Positions 1-9,077 of a stretch of DNA of 32,893 nucleotides are shown piece after piece. The first letter of the stretch is position 1, and each line of letters opens with the position of its first letter. The stretch is from Candidatus Eiseniibacteriota bacterium (GTDB taxonomy: Bacteria > Chloroflexota > Limnocylindria > Limnocylindrales > CSP1-4): the NCBI GenBank assembly GCA_035633135.1, contig DASQFM010000101.1, forward strand, positions 1 through 32,893. The letters run 5' to 3'. Made by a program: the position numbers and the translations under genes. Under the pieces are notes generated by a model. It ran no database searches. It had not been told where the DNA came from and was given only the letters and a program-made list of their open reading frames with translations.

Positions 1-1023
1 CTCGACGTCCAGCGCCACCAGGGCGCCGGCATCGCGACCTACCTCGCGGAGTACCTCGCGTTCTTCGTTCGGGCGGCGTTCCGACTCGCCCGCGACCACG
101 CCCGGCGGCGGTACGCGCTGGTGCAGGTTGCGACGCTGCCGGACTGGCTGGTGTTCGCGGCCCTGCCGCTGCGCCTCACCGGCGTGCCCGTGATCCTGGA
201 CCTGCACGAGGCGACGCCGGAGTTCTTCGCCAGCCGATTCCCGGGTGCTGCGAACGCCGTCCTTCGATGGCTCCTGCAGGCCACCGAGCGAGCATCGATC
301 GCCGCGGCGACGCACGCCGTCACCGTGAACGACGCGCTCCGGGCGCGGCTCCTGGGCCTCGGCGTCGCCGCTGAGCGGATCTCGATCGTGCCCAACAGCC
401 CGAGCCTCGCCCGGTTCGATCGCGCGGCCTACCCGGCGCGCCCGTTCATGGCCGACGCCACGCTGCGCCTGATCTTCGCCGGCGGCCTGACGCCGACCTA
501 CGAGGTCGATGTTGCCGTCCGGGCCATCGCCGCGCTCCGGGACCGGAGGCCGGAGCTGCCCACGGCGCTGGAGATCTATGGCCGAGGCGACTCCCAGCCG
601 GAGCTGGAGCGCCTTGTGACCCAGCTGGATCTCGCCGATCGGGTCTCGCTGCGCGGTCGGATCCCGATCGAGGACGTGCCCGCTGCGATCGCCCGGGCCG
701 ACGTCGGCCTCGCGACGACCCGGCTCGATTCCTTCACCGAAGCCAGCCTGTCGACCAAGATCTTCGAGTACGCCGCGATGGGCAAGCCCGTGGTCTGCGC
801 CCGGCTTCCGCTGGTCGATCGGACCTTCCCGCCAGAGGCGGTTCGTCGCTACGCATCCGGGGATCCGGGTTCGCTGGCCGATCAGATCGTGGCCCTCATT
901 GACGATGCCGCCGCCCGCGATGCCGGCATCGAGGCGGCTCGGACGATCGTCGAGCGGCACTCCTGGGAGCACGACGCGCCCGCGTACCTCGACCTGCTGG
1001 AGCGGTTCGCCCGGGACCGCTGA
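1..1023 (+). CDS. glycosyltransferase, GT-B fold (family 4/1-like); 5' end lies outside the window
   Basis: Frame 1 is open from base 1 (LDVQRHQGAGIATYLAEY...) into the listed 121..1023 ORF. The C-terminal half has the GT4-type pattern GRIPIEDVPAAIARADVGLATT...STKIFEYAAMGKPVVCA. Stop TGA at 1021-1023. Confidence 0.8.
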   Translation, partial: LDVQRHQGAGIATYLAEYLAFFVRAAFRLARDHARRRYALVQVATLPDWLVFAALPLRLTGVPVILDLHEATPEFFASRFPGAANAVLRWLLQATERASIAAATHAVTVNDALRARLLGLGVAAERISIVPNSPSLARFDRAAYPARPFMADATLRLIFAGGLTPTYEVDVAVRAIAALRDRRPELPTALEIYGRGDSQPELERLVTQLDLADRVSLRGRIPIEDVPAAIARADVGLATTRLDSFTEASLSTKIFEYAAMGKPVVCARLPLVDRTFPPEAVRRYASGDPGSLADQIVALIDDAAARDAGIEAARTIVERHSWEHDAPAYLDLLERFARDR

Positions 1024-1119
1024 AAGGTTGCGGTACCATTCGGGGCCCGTCTTCGCGTCGGCCCAGCCCGGCGCGCCACCACCGCCCGACCTCGGGCCCT
1101 TCCAGGAACCGTTCACCGC

Positions 1120-2847
1120 ATGACGTTCCGAGCCAGACCCGTCACCCGGCGGCCCGGCCGCTCCGGCTGGGATTCGGGCGATCGTCGCACCACCCTGATC
1201 AGCGTCGGCTTCGTCGTCGCGATCGTCGTCTCGGTCCTCATCCTGGTCGGCTATGCCGGCTGGACCTGGTACGACGATCACTTCGGAACCGCCGCCAGCG
1301 TCAACGGCACGGTCATCAACAAGGACGCCTTCCGGACCCGCTACGCGATCGAGAAGTTCCGGATCGACTACACCGCCCAGCGGGTCCAGACCCTCCTCGC
1401 GGCGGGCCGGATCTCGGCCTCGAGCGCCTCCCAGCAGCTGTCGTTCCTGGACCAGCGCCGCAACTCGTTGCCGGCGATCGCCCTCGAGCGGCTGATCGAC
1501 GTGCTGGTCCAGGCCAAGCTGGCGGGCGAGGCCGGCATCCAGGTCGCCGACGCCGACATCGATGCCCAGCTCCTCGATGAGGCCACCTCCCAGGAGGAGC
1601 GCCACAGCTGGCTCATCGAGGTGACCCCGGCCAGCGACCCGGACACAGTCAATCCGACCGACGAGCAGAAGGCCGCAGCCGGCACAAAGGCCGAGGCCGC
1701 CCTCGCCGACCTCAAGGCGGGAAAGGCCTGGGACGACGTCGCGAAGACCGTCTCCACCGCCGCATCCGCGCCGCAGGCCGGCGACCTCGGCTGGCTGCCG
1801 AAGGAGAGCGGCTACGACGTCAAGCTCATGGAGGCGCTGTTCGCCCTCGCGCAGGGCGCGACCACCGACGTCGTCGAGGGCGACGATGGCGTCTTCCGCA
1901 TCGGCCGGGTCACCGAGATCGCGCCCGCGTCGGTTGACCAGACCTTCTCGACCAAGATCGACGAAGCGGGAATCAAGCTGGCGGACTACCGGACCGCGAT
2001 CCGTGGCGACGTCGTCCGGAAGCGGCTCAACGACAAGGTCGTGGCCGACCTGTCGCAGCCCGGAAAGCAGCGCCACGTCCTGCAGATCTACCTGCCGTCA
2101 CCGTCAACGGCCCCACAGCCGGATGCGGTGAAGGTCCGCCACATCCTGTTCTCGCCCAATGACGACGCCAGCGCGGCGGGATCGCTGCCGCTGACCGACC
2201 CAGCCTGGGAGGCGGCCCACCAGGAGGCGGACGCGGCCTACCAGGAGCTGCTTACGGATCCAACGAAGTTCGACGAGCTGGCTCGCACGAAGTCGGACGA
2301 AGGCTCGGCCAGGAGCACCGGCGGCAAGCAGCCGTGGTATGACCCCACCAGCCCCATCGACAAGGACTTCGCGGCGGCGATCTTCAAGGAGGGCCTCCAG
2401 CCCGGAGACCTGATCGAGCCGTTCAGGACCGCCTTCGGCTGGCACGTCGTGCAGTTCATGCGTCCGCTCGGCGGCGGCGACGAGGCCTGGCTGCAGACGA
2501 TCAAGGAGGAGGCCGCCGAGGGGACGGACTTCGCCCAGCTCGCGCGCGACCAGGGCGAGGGCGCCGAATCCGCAGACGGCGGCGACATCGGCTGGATCGT
2601 CGAGGGCCAGTTCGCCGAGGACAAGGGTGGCGCGATCTTCAACACCGCGGTCGGCTCGGTCAGCGACGTCGTGGCCGTGCCTCAGGATGGGGCGTACCTG
2701 TTCAAGATCCTCGCCGAGGAGGTCCGGACACCGACCGACGAGCAACTCGCGATCTTCAAGCAGAACGGCTTCTCGGACTGGTACGCGGGCAAGAAGGCCG
2801 AGGCGGACATCGTCCGCAACGTCGCGCCCACGGTCCCCCAGGCCTGA
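1120..2847 (+). CDS. membrane-anchored peptidyl-prolyl cis-trans isomerase, parvulin/PpiC type (SurA/PrsA-like)
   Basis: ATG at 1120. N-terminal TM helix [25 protein letters not shown]. Rotamase-type segments [10 protein letters not shown]...FGWHVVQFM and [12 protein letters not shown]...AYLFKIL. Confidence 0.8.
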   Translation: MTFRARPVTRRPGRSGWDSGDRRTTLISVGFVVAIVVSVLILVGYAGWTWYDDHFGTAASVNGTVINKDAFRTRYAIEKFRIDYTAQRVQTLLAAGRISASSASQQLSFLDQRRNSLPAIALERLIDVLVQAKLAGEAGIQVADADIDAQLLDEATSQEERHSWLIEVTPASDPDTVNPTDEQKAAAGTKAEAALADLKAGKAWDDVAKTVSTAASAPQAGDLGWLPKESGYDVKLMEALFALAQGATTDVVEGDDGVFRIGRVTEIAPASVDQTFSTKIDEAGIKLADYRTAIRGDVVRKRLNDKVVADLSQPGKQRHVLQIYLPSPSTAPQPDAVKVRHILFSPNDDASAAGSLPLTDPAWEAAHQEADAAYQELLTDPTKFDELARTKSDEGSARSTGGKQPWYDPTSPIDKDFAAAIFKEGLQPGDLIEPFRTAFGWHVVQFMRPLGGGDEAWLQTIKEEAAEGTDFAQLARDQGEGAESADGGDIGWIVEGQFAEDKGGAIFNTAVGSVSDVVAVPQDGAYLFKILAEEVRTPTDEQLAIFKQNGFSDWYAGKKAEADIVRNVAPTVPQA

Positions 2848-2858
2848 TCTCGATCGGC

Positions 2859-4097
2859 GTGCTCGACGCGATGGTCGCCGAGGCGCGCGAGCGCTGGGCC
2901 TTCGATCCTGCGGCCGGCCTCCAGGTCGTGGTCGCCGAGCGCCTGATCGCCACACCCATCGAGCCGTCACGGCCGCTCCTGGTGGTGCCGCTGGTGCTGC
3001 TCGCCGGCGGGCCGGCCGTGGCTGGCGGGGCGGCCGTGGCCGACGGCTCGGCTGCGCCGTTGCCGGGGCGCCACGGCCCGGGCGGCGGGGATCCGCTCGA
3101 TCTCCTGCGGCGGCTCTATCCGGCGGCGCATCGTGTGGGCCGGCTCGCTCGCCCGGGGCAGCCCGACGCGAGCGTCGAGGAGACGACCGTCGGTGCCCTG
3201 GTTGCATCGGATCTCGAGGGTCCGGCATACCTGCCGCCGATCCCGCCCGAGCTGGCGGTCGCAGGGCCGTGGGCGATGCCCTACATCAGCGAGCGGCTGC
3301 GCCGCCCCGACGGCTGCCCCTGGGATCGCGAGCAGACCCATGCGTCGCTCCGGAAGCACCTGCTGGAGGAGACGTACGAGGTCTACGACGCCCTGGAGGG
3401 TGGCGCGACGCCAGAGCTGGCGGGAGAGCTCGGCGACCTGCTGCTGCAGGTGATCCTGCACGCGCAGCTGGCGGCCGAGGAGGGGGTGTTCGACCTCGCG
3501 GACGTGCAGGCGTCGATCGGCCGCAAGATCCTGCGCCGCCATCCCCACGTCTTCGGCGAGGCGGTCGCCCGAACTGCGGCGGACGTCAACCGCCAGTGGG
3601 AGCGCATCAAGGCCGAGGAGCGGGCCGAGGCTGCCGTCGACGACGCCAGGGTCGGAACCGACGGCGCGCCGAAGAGTGCCCTCGACGGGATCAGCCCGTC
3701 CATGCCCGCGCTCGCGGCGAGCCTGGAGATGCAGGAACGAGCCACGGCGCTCGGCTACGACTGGCCCGACATCGCCGGGGTCCTCGACAAGCTGGCCGAG
3801 GAGCTGACCGAACTCGCCGCGTCGACGTCGGACGCCGACCGTCGCGAGGAGTTCGGCGACCTGCTGCTCGTGGTGGTCAACGTCGGTCGCAAGCTGGGAA
3901 TCGAGTCGGAGGCCGCACTGCGCGCTGCGAACGAGAAGTTCCGGTCGCGTTTCCGGCGTGTCGAGCGGATGGTCACCGAGCGTGGAGTCGCGATGCGCGA
4001 CCTGGACTTCGACACGCTCGATGCGTTGTGGGACGCTGCGAAGGCCGAGCAACGCTCGGCGGTCGCCCATGCGGCAGAGGAGGAGCGCTCCGAATGA
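2859..4097 (+). CDS. mazG: nucleoside triphosphate pyrophosphohydrolase MazG with ~140 aa N-terminal extension (YabN-like architecture)
   Basis: Tandem MazG repeats: [26 protein letters not shown]...[12 protein letters not shown] and ALGYDWPD...[39 protein letters not shown] start. The stop overlaps the rph start (ATGA at 4094-4097). Confidence 0.85.
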   Translation: MLDAMVAEARERWAFDPAAGLQVVVAERLIATPIEPSRPLLVVPLVLLAGGPAVAGGAAVADGSAAPLPGRHGPGGGDPLDLLRRLYPAAHRVGRLARPGQPDASVEETTVGALVASDLEGPAYLPPIPPELAVAGPWAMPYISERLRRPDGCPWDREQTHASLRKHLLEETYEVYDALEGGATPELAGELGDLLLQVILHAQLAAEEGVFDLADVQASIGRKILRRHPHVFGEAVARTAADVNRQWERIKAEERAEAAVDDARVGTDGAPKSALDGISPSMPALAASLEMQERATALGYDWPDIAGVLDKLAEELTELAASTSDADRREEFGDLLLVVVNVGRKLGIESEAALRAANEKFRSRFRRVERMVTERGVAMRDLDFDTLDALWDAAKAEQRSAVAHAAEEERSE

Positions 4098-4831
4098 GCA
4101 TCGGCAATCGGCCCCCCAGCGTCCGCGCAGACGGGCGCGGGCCCGGCGACCTGCGACCCGTGACGATGACGCTGGGCGTCCTCAAGTGGGCCGAGGGGTC
4201 CTGCCGCATCCGGGCCGGCGACACCGAGGTCCTCTGCGCGGCCACGATCAGTGACCGCGTCCCGCCGCACCTCCGTGGCAAGGGCACCGGCTGGGTCACC
4301 GCGGAATACTCGATGCTGCCCCGGGCGACGGCGGAGCGAACCGATCGCGAGAGCGTGAAAGGCCGGCTGGGCGGCCGGACCCACGAGATCCAGCGATTGA
4401 TCGGCCGCTCATTGCGTGGCGTCGTCGACCTCGGGAAGCTCGGCGAGCGAACGGTCACGGTCGACTGCGACGTGATCCAGGCGGACGGCGGCACGCGCTG
4501 CGCCTCGATCACCGGCGGCTACGTGGCGCTGGCCGCGGCGCTGATGACGTTCGGCATGGAGCGCCTGCTGGTCGGCAAGGTCGCGGCGGTGTCCGTCGGC
4601 GTCATCGACGCCATCGCGATGCTCGATCTCGACTACAGCGAGGATTCGCGCGCCGAGGTGGACTTCAACGTGGTCGGCACCGACGCCGGCACGTACGTCG
4701 AGCTGCAGGGCACGGCCGAGGGCCGGCCCTTCGACCGGGCGCGGGTGGACGCCCTCCTCGACCTCGCGAACGTCGGCCTGAAGCGACTCTTCGAAGCCCA
4801 GGCCGCGGCCCTCGCCACGGTGCGGCGCTGA
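4094..4831 (+). CDS. rph: ribonuclease PH
   Basis: Internal ATG of the listed 2627..4831 ORF. Sequence [23 protein letters not shown]...[33 protein letters not shown]...[23 protein letters not shown] is typical RNase PH. The upstream part of the long ORF is Arg/Gly-rich noise overlapping mazG. Confidence 0.95.
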   Translation: MSIGNRPPSVRADGRGPGDLRPVTMTLGVLKWAEGSCRIRAGDTEVLCAATISDRVPPHLRGKGTGWVTAEYSMLPRATAERTDRESVKGRLGGRTHEIQRLIGRSLRGVVDLGKLGERTVTVDCDVIQADGGTRCASITGGYVALAAALMTFGMERLLVGKVAAVSVGVIDAIAMLDLDYSEDSRAEVDFNVVGTDAGTYVELQGTAEGRPFDRARVDALLDLANVGLKRLFEAQAAALATVRR

Positions 4832-4866
4832 GGGCGTCAAGCGGCTCCATCGATAGCTCCGCCGCC

Positions 4867-4989
4867 GTGGTACGGCCGCGGCTCGTGATCGCGACCCGGT
4901 CGGCCCACAGGCTGCGCGACCCGGGGACGTTGAGCGACACTCCTGCGCTCAGCGACGCGCCCACGCCTGAGCTGGGCGGAGGCGCGTGA
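4867..4989 (+). pseudogene. orphan 5' stub resembling the start of rdgB (40-codon ORF, only the first ~18 codons homologous)
   Basis: GTG at 4867, 36 nt after the rph stop, encodes VVRPRLVIATRSAHRLRD... The functional rdgB at 5204-5250 encodes RQLVIATRSAHKLRE. By-eye nucleotide alignment of 4880-4920 with 5209-5249 gives about 33/40 matches. The frame then diverges and stops at 4987-4989. Confidence 0.45.
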
Positions 4990-5095
4990 ACGTGACCGGG
5001 AAATTGTCAAATTATCCTGAGGCGGCAACTCGTCACGCTCTTCGTGACAGATCCGTCACCAGGCGCGCATTTGGCACGGGCTTGGCGTCCAACCG

Positions 5096-5827
5096 TTGCC
5101 TTGCACGCTCGAACCGGAGACCGACAGCCTCGGATCCTCTGACCAATTGCCGCGTGAAGAAAATTTGACACGCGAGGACGGTCCGGCGGGCGCTCCGGCG
5201 CCGCGGCAGCTCGTGATCGCCACGCGATCGGCGCACAAGCTCCGCGAGCTGCGGGACCTGCTCCGCCTTGACCACGCCGAGCTGGTTTCGCTCGACGACC
5301 TAGGCGTCGCCGGCGAGCCGGTCGAGGACGGCCTGACCTTCGAGACGAACGCCCGGATCAAGGCGCGCTTTGCCGCGCGAGCGACCGGGCTGCCGGTGCT
5401 GGCCGACGACTCCGGCCTCGAGGTGGAGGCGCTCGGCGGCCTGCCCGGCGTCCGGACCCGTCGCTACGCGGGGCCGGAGGCGACCGATGCGGACAACAAC
5501 GCCAAGCTGCTCCACGAGCTGGAAGGCCTGCCACCCGAGCGCCGTGGGGCGCGATACGTGTGCGTCCTCGCGTTCGCGATGCCACCGGCCGCGGATGATC
5601 CCGGCGGGCCCCTCCGAATCGAGACCCGGCGCGGCACGACCCGCGGTCGGATCGCGACCGAGCCCCGCGGCGACGCTGGCTTCGGGTATGACCCGATCTT
5701 CGAGCCGGCTCGCGAGCGCGCGGGGGGCCGGACGTTCGGCCAGTACAGCCAGGTCGAGAAGGACGCGATCTCGCACCGGGGTCGGGCGGCGCGGCGGATC
5801 GTCCCGGTCCTGCGCGACCTCGAGTAG
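5096..5827 (+). CDS. rdgB: non-canonical purine NTP pyrophosphatase (RdgB/HAM1 family)
   Basis: LVIATRSAHKLRELRDLL...ADDSGLEVEALGGLPGVRTRRYAG...FGYDPIFEP...KDAISHRGRAARR are HAM1/ITPase motifs. Start uncertain: TTG 5096 (ORF maximum), TTG 5165 or GTG 5213. Confidence 0.9.
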   Translation: MPCTLEPETDSLGSSDQLPREENLTREDGPAGAPAPRQLVIATRSAHKLRELRDLLRLDHAELVSLDDLGVAGEPVEDGLTFETNARIKARFAARATGLPVLADDSGLEVEALGGLPGVRTRRYAGPEATDADNNAKLLHELEGLPPERRGARYVCVLAFAMPPAADDPGGPLRIETRRGTTRGRIATEPRGDAGFGYDPIFEPARERAGGRTFGQYSQVEKDAISHRGRAARRIVPVLRDLE

Positions 5828-5934
5828 TGAGGCTGGGTCCGACGTGGGGGGCTGCCACCATGCCCCCACAGGTCCGCTGAGCGGCGTGCGAGAATCGCCG
5901 GATCGATGCCTACCCACTCCCGGCGGCTGACCTC

Positions 5935-6606
5935 GTGACCATCGTGTACCCGGACCAGCCTCTGACGGACGCGTCGACGCCGGAGCTGCTCTCGAGCCTG
6001 CTTCGCGACTGGCACGCCCGAGCCTGGGTGTCGGGGACCGGCGGCGGGATCTGCGGCCCGACGGAGGATGGGAACCTCTTCCTCGCACCGACGGGTGTCC
6101 ACAAGGAGCTCGTTCGGCCCGACGACTTCTTCGTCGTCTCGCCCGTCGATGGACGGGTGCTCCGCGAGCCGGCGACCCCCGGCCTTCGGCCGAGCGAGTG
6201 CAACGCGATCTTCGGGTTGATCGCCCGCGAGCGAGACGCCGGCAGCGTCGCGCATTCGCACGCCCTGCCGGCGGTGCTGGCCGCCGACCTCGCTGACGGA
6301 ACGGACCAGCTCGAGATCTCGGGGCTAGAAATGCTCAAGGGCATCCGGGACCTCTCGAATCTGGACGTCCATCGCGTGCCGGTGATCGACAACACGCCCC
6401 GTGAGCCCGAGCTCGTCGCCGAGCTCGCGCGCGTTCTCGACGATCGCCGGTTCGGCAGCGCCTTCGCCGTCCTCGTGCGGGACCACGGCGCGTACATCTG
6501 GGGCGACGGCGTGTGGGAGACGAAGCGCCACGTCGAGGTCTACCACTTCCTGTTCGAAGCCACGGTTGCGCGGCACGGCGGCCGCTCGAAGGAGGGTCCG
6601 CGATGA
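5935..6606 (+). CDS. mtnB: class II aldolase/adducin-family protein, methylthioribulose-1-phosphate dehydratase-like
   Basis: GTGGGICGP...LAPTGVHKE...SECNAIFG...GSVAHSHA...EMLKGI...VLVRDHGAYIWGD resembles MtnB-type dehydratases. GTG start. Confidence 0.7.
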   Translation: MTIVYPDQPLTDASTPELLSSLLRDWHARAWVSGTGGGICGPTEDGNLFLAPTGVHKELVRPDDFFVVSPVDGRVLREPATPGLRPSECNAIFGLIARERDAGSVAHSHALPAVLAADLADGTDQLEISGLEMLKGIRDLSNLDVHRVPVIDNTPREPELVAELARVLDDRRFGSAFAVLVRDHGAYIWGDGVWETKRHVEVYHFLFEATVARHGGRSKEGPR

Positions 6607-7031
6607 CTGAGCACGTCCACGAGCACGACAGGTTTCGCTGCCCGAGCTGCCAGCAAGCGCTGCCGCTCACGCATATCGACGTCGTCGACGTCGCCGCGGC
6701 CGTTCGTGCCGACGCGCTGACCGAGGACGACGTGTTCAAGCGGACGTATCTCGGGCACGGCAGCCAGTCGAGCGTCTTCGTCTTCCAGGGCCACCCAGGC
6801 CCGTTCAGGCGCCACATCCATACGACCCATGACGAGATCGGCTACGTGCTGACGGGCAGCGGCTCGGTCGACGTCGGCGGCTTGACCCGGCCGGTGAAGC
6901 CGGGGGATGTCTGGGTGATCCCGGCCGGCACCCCGCACGGCGGTCGCTTCGAGGACGCGCCGCAGGTCCTTTTCATCTCGTCGCCGATCGACGATCCCGA
7001 CCACCAGGATCGCGTCTGGCTCGACGACTGA
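6603..7031 (+). CDS. cupin-domain protein (cupin_2 metal site), possibly methionine-salvage linked
   Basis: The ATG at 6603 overlaps the mtnB stop (ATGA). Both cupin motifs are present: RRHIHTTHDEIGYVLTG (HxH-x4-E-x6-G) and GDVWVIPAGTPHG. N-terminal CPSC motif. Confidence 0.75.
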   Translation: MTEHVHEHDRFRCPSCQQALPLTHIDVVDVAAAVRADALTEDDVFKRTYLGHGSQSSVFVFQGHPGPFRRHIHTTHDEIGYVLTGSGSVDVGGLTRPVKPGDVWVIPAGTPHGGRFEDAPQVLFISSPIDDPDHQDRVWLDD

Positions 7032-7142
7032 CCGGCTTGCGCGCCAGCGTGGCCCGATCGGCACGCAAGCATCTCCCGCCAGGTCAGGACCCGCGTTCCG
7101 ACACGATCGCGAGTCGTGTACGGTTCCTGAGGTCGGATCCGT

Positions 7143-7219
7143 CGGGGCGTGGCGCAGCTTGGCAGCGCGCGTGCTTTGGGAGCACGAGGTCGTGGGTTCG
7201 AATCCCACCGCCCCGACCA
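7143..7219 (+). tRNA. tRNA-Pro (anticodon TGG)
   Basis: Manual cloverleaf: CGGGGCG TG GCGC AGCTTGGCA GCGC G CGTGC TTTGGGA GCACG AGGTC GTGGG TTCGAAT CCCAC CGCCCCG A CCA. The CCA end is encoded. Confidence 0.95.
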
Positions 7220-7416
7220 CATTGCGCTTGATTGAGAGTGCACACCAAGGAGTACGCAGTGATGTCGATAGATCACTTCGCGGGACTCGAACGAGGAGCC
7301 CACGGACCAGGAGGAAGCGGTGGCCGTTGGCCTCGAACCTGATCTCGCGCGGGAGCGAACCGAGCCAGCCTGGCCTTTTCCTTCTTCCTCTTCCGTGGAT
7401 CCGCGCACGCCGCGCC

Positions 7417-8067
7417 TCACTTGGCGAAGCTGATCGTCTCGTAGATCTGTTGCACGAGCGGATACCGCACGTCGAAGTTGGTCGGGGAATCGGGGAACCA
7501 TAGCAGGACGCGCTCGCCATTGACATCCAGGAGGAGGAGCTGCCATTTCTCGTCCTGGGCTTTCGAACCAATCCATGTGTAGTCGTCCTTGAGCCACAGG
7601 AATGGGCCGAACGACGTGACGTGCACGATGACCTGACTGCACGCGATGCCCCCAATGGTCACGGGCTCCGGACCCTGGATGACCTTGACTCCGGGCAGCG
7701 ACGCGAGGTACGTAAAGAAGTCGCCGGGCCATGGGATCGTCTTGGTCATGTCCTTTGGATCGCCGACCTTCGCTCCATTGACGAGGAAGATCGAGGCACC
7801 CCAGGTATTTCCCTGAACGATGTCAAGGGCATTGATCCCGACACGAACCTCCCAATCGGGACCATGGGTCAGGGCGAGCGGGAGGCGAAAGCCTGAATCT
7901 TCAGGGCTGTGGAAGGTGATCAGCGCGGCCGGCGAAGCCGAGGGTTGCACGGGGGTCGGTTGAGCTGAGGCGGGTGAGGACGGTGTTGCCGTTGCACCGG
8001 ACGTGCAGGCCGACAGAGCGGAGACCGCCAGAACTAGGAATGGCGCGAACAACGCCCGAGTCTTCAT
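7417..8067 (-). CDS. putative secreted lipoprotein, unknown function
   Basis: Internal ATG at 8067 preceded by GGAGAGGAGAGGG. Signal peptide with lipobox: MKTRALFAPFLVLAVSALSAC/TSG. Visibly lower GC than the neighbours. Confidence 0.7.
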   Translation of the reverse strand: MKTRALFAPFLVLAVSALSACTSGATATPSSPASAQPTPVQPSASPAALITFHSPEDSGFRLPLALTHGPDWEVRVGINALDIVQGNTWGASIFLVNGAKVGDPKDMTKTIPWPGDFFTYLASLPGVKVIQGPEPVTIGGIACSQVIVHVTSFGPFLWLKDDYTWIGSKAQDEKWQLLLLDVNGERVLLWFPDSPTNFDVRYPLVQQIYETISFAK

Positions 8068-8172
8068 TCCCTCTCCTCTCCGAAACGCGGATTCGATGAT
8101 TGCTGCGACCGGGATCACGAATCGCCCGGCCCGCTGAATTAGGGTGATCGGGCTGTGTCCAGCCCTTGTCGA

Positions 8173-8304
8173 CTACCGGCTACGGCACGATGACTGCCCG
8201 GCCCTGAATTCGGCTCGCCCGGAGATCGTCCAGCCGAGATCGAGTGCCTTCTTCTCGGCCGCCGCCGAGACTCGTCGCTCGTCGTCGAGCGTCAAGCTCG
8301 CCAT
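8173..8304 (-). CDS. hypothetical 43-aa protein (weak call)
   Basis: ATG at 8304 preceded by GGAGGAGAGG. It shares a conserved leader motif with the lipoprotein gene at 8067. No recognisable domain. Confidence 0.3.
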   Translation of the reverse strand: MASLTLDDERRVSAAAEKKALDLGWTISGRAEFRAGQSSCRSR

Positions 8305-8522
8305 GTCTCCTACCTCTCCTCCGAAACGGGGATTGCGAACCCGTTGAATACAGGACGGTCGCCGAGGCGCGATCCGATCTATGTGGCGAGAATGGCTCGG
8401 GGGAGATGTCGATCTCGGAGTTAGATCCGGCAGGGCCCGCCGCAGCGTCATTGAGGCAAGGTCGGAAGCCGGGCCTGCATCTCGCGCCCATGCGCATACA
8501 GCAGACAGGGGCCCTCAGGAAG

Positions 8523-9077
8523 ATGAGCGTCGCGGAGGTCGAGCGTGCGATGCGCGGCGACCATGACGCGTTCGCGGCCCTGATCAGCGGGTCGACGAAG
8601 CGGCTCTATGCACTCGCCAGCCTCATCCTCCGAGACACCGACCGAGCCGAGGATGCAACCCAGGAGGCGATCGTCCGGGCGTGGCGGGAGCTGCCGAGAC
8701 TGCACGACCCTGATCGCTTCGACGCATGGCTGCACCGCATGGTCGTGAATGCCTGTTATGACGAGGGCCGGCGCGTGCGTCGCCGGGCTGAGGTCTCGCT
8801 CGTCCACCTCGCCGACCGCCAGATTCCCGATCACGAGTCGCGACTCGGTGAAACGGACCGGATCGAGCGGGCGTTCCGTAGGCTCCCGCTCGATCAGCGA
8901 ACGGCACTCATCCTCCAGCACCAGTTACGGCTGACGCATACCGAGATCGCCGAGACGCTGGGCATCCCGGTCGGGACCGTGAAATCGAGGCTCCGCTACG
9001 GCACGGCCGCGATGCGCGCATCCCTCGAGGCCGACGATCGCGGAGCCGCCGCGACAACATCGGAGAAGAGCGCATGA
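8523..9077 (+). CDS. ECF-type RNA polymerase sigma-70 family factor
   Basis: ATG at 8523 after AGGAAG. Region 2: DAEDATQEAIVRAWRELPRLHDPDRFDAWLHRMVVNACYDEGRR. Region 4 HTH: LPLDQRTALILQHQLRLTHTEIAETLGIPVGTVKSRLRYG. Confidence 0.85.
   Translation: MSVAEVERAMRGDHDAFAALISGSTKRLYALASLILRDTDRAEDATQEAIVRAWRELPRLHDPDRFDAWLHRMVVNACYDEGRRVRRRAEVSLVHLADRQIPDHESRLGETDRIERAFRRLPLDQRTALILQHQLRLTHTEIAETLGIPVGTVKSRLRYGTAAMRASLEADDRGAAATTSEKSA

Noticed and set aside
2104-3228. Long antisense or alternative-frame ORFs throughout the core. Examples: 2104..3228 -, the N-terminal 1.4 kb of 2627..4831 +, 2967..4070 -, 10357..12087 -, 16033..17583 -, 17024..18868 -, 17179..18228 +, 21808..22905 -, 23760..25034 +.
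   Set aside because: Their translations are Arg/Gly/Pro/Ala-rich low-complexity strings with no motifs. Each overlaps a frame carrying clear family signatures. This is typical open-frame noise in very GC-rich DNA.
5844-5869. Hairpin GTGGGGG...CCCCCAC after rdgB.
   Set aside because: It has a 12-nt loop and no U-tail, so it may be fortuitous. It is not reported as a terminator.
7282-7296. GGGACTCGAACGAGG, which resembles the complement of a tRNA T-arm, just downstream of tRNA-Pro(TGG). This could be a tRNA fragment or att remnant.
   Set aside because: The flanking bases cannot form a T-stem or any cloverleaf on either strand, and there is no match to the 3' end of the adjacent tRNA.
7374-7394. 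21-nt pure pyrimidine run (ccttttccttcttcctcttcc) downstream of the lipoprotein gene.
   Set aside because: It is a real compositional oddity, but I cannot attach a function to it. It lies in a probable 3' UTR and is too short to call a repeat element.
8337-8360. GAAC-n17-GTC upstream of the ECF sigma gene, considered as an annotated promoter feature.
   Set aside because: The motif is short and degenerate and is expected by chance. It is kept only as a remark inside a finding, not as a feature.
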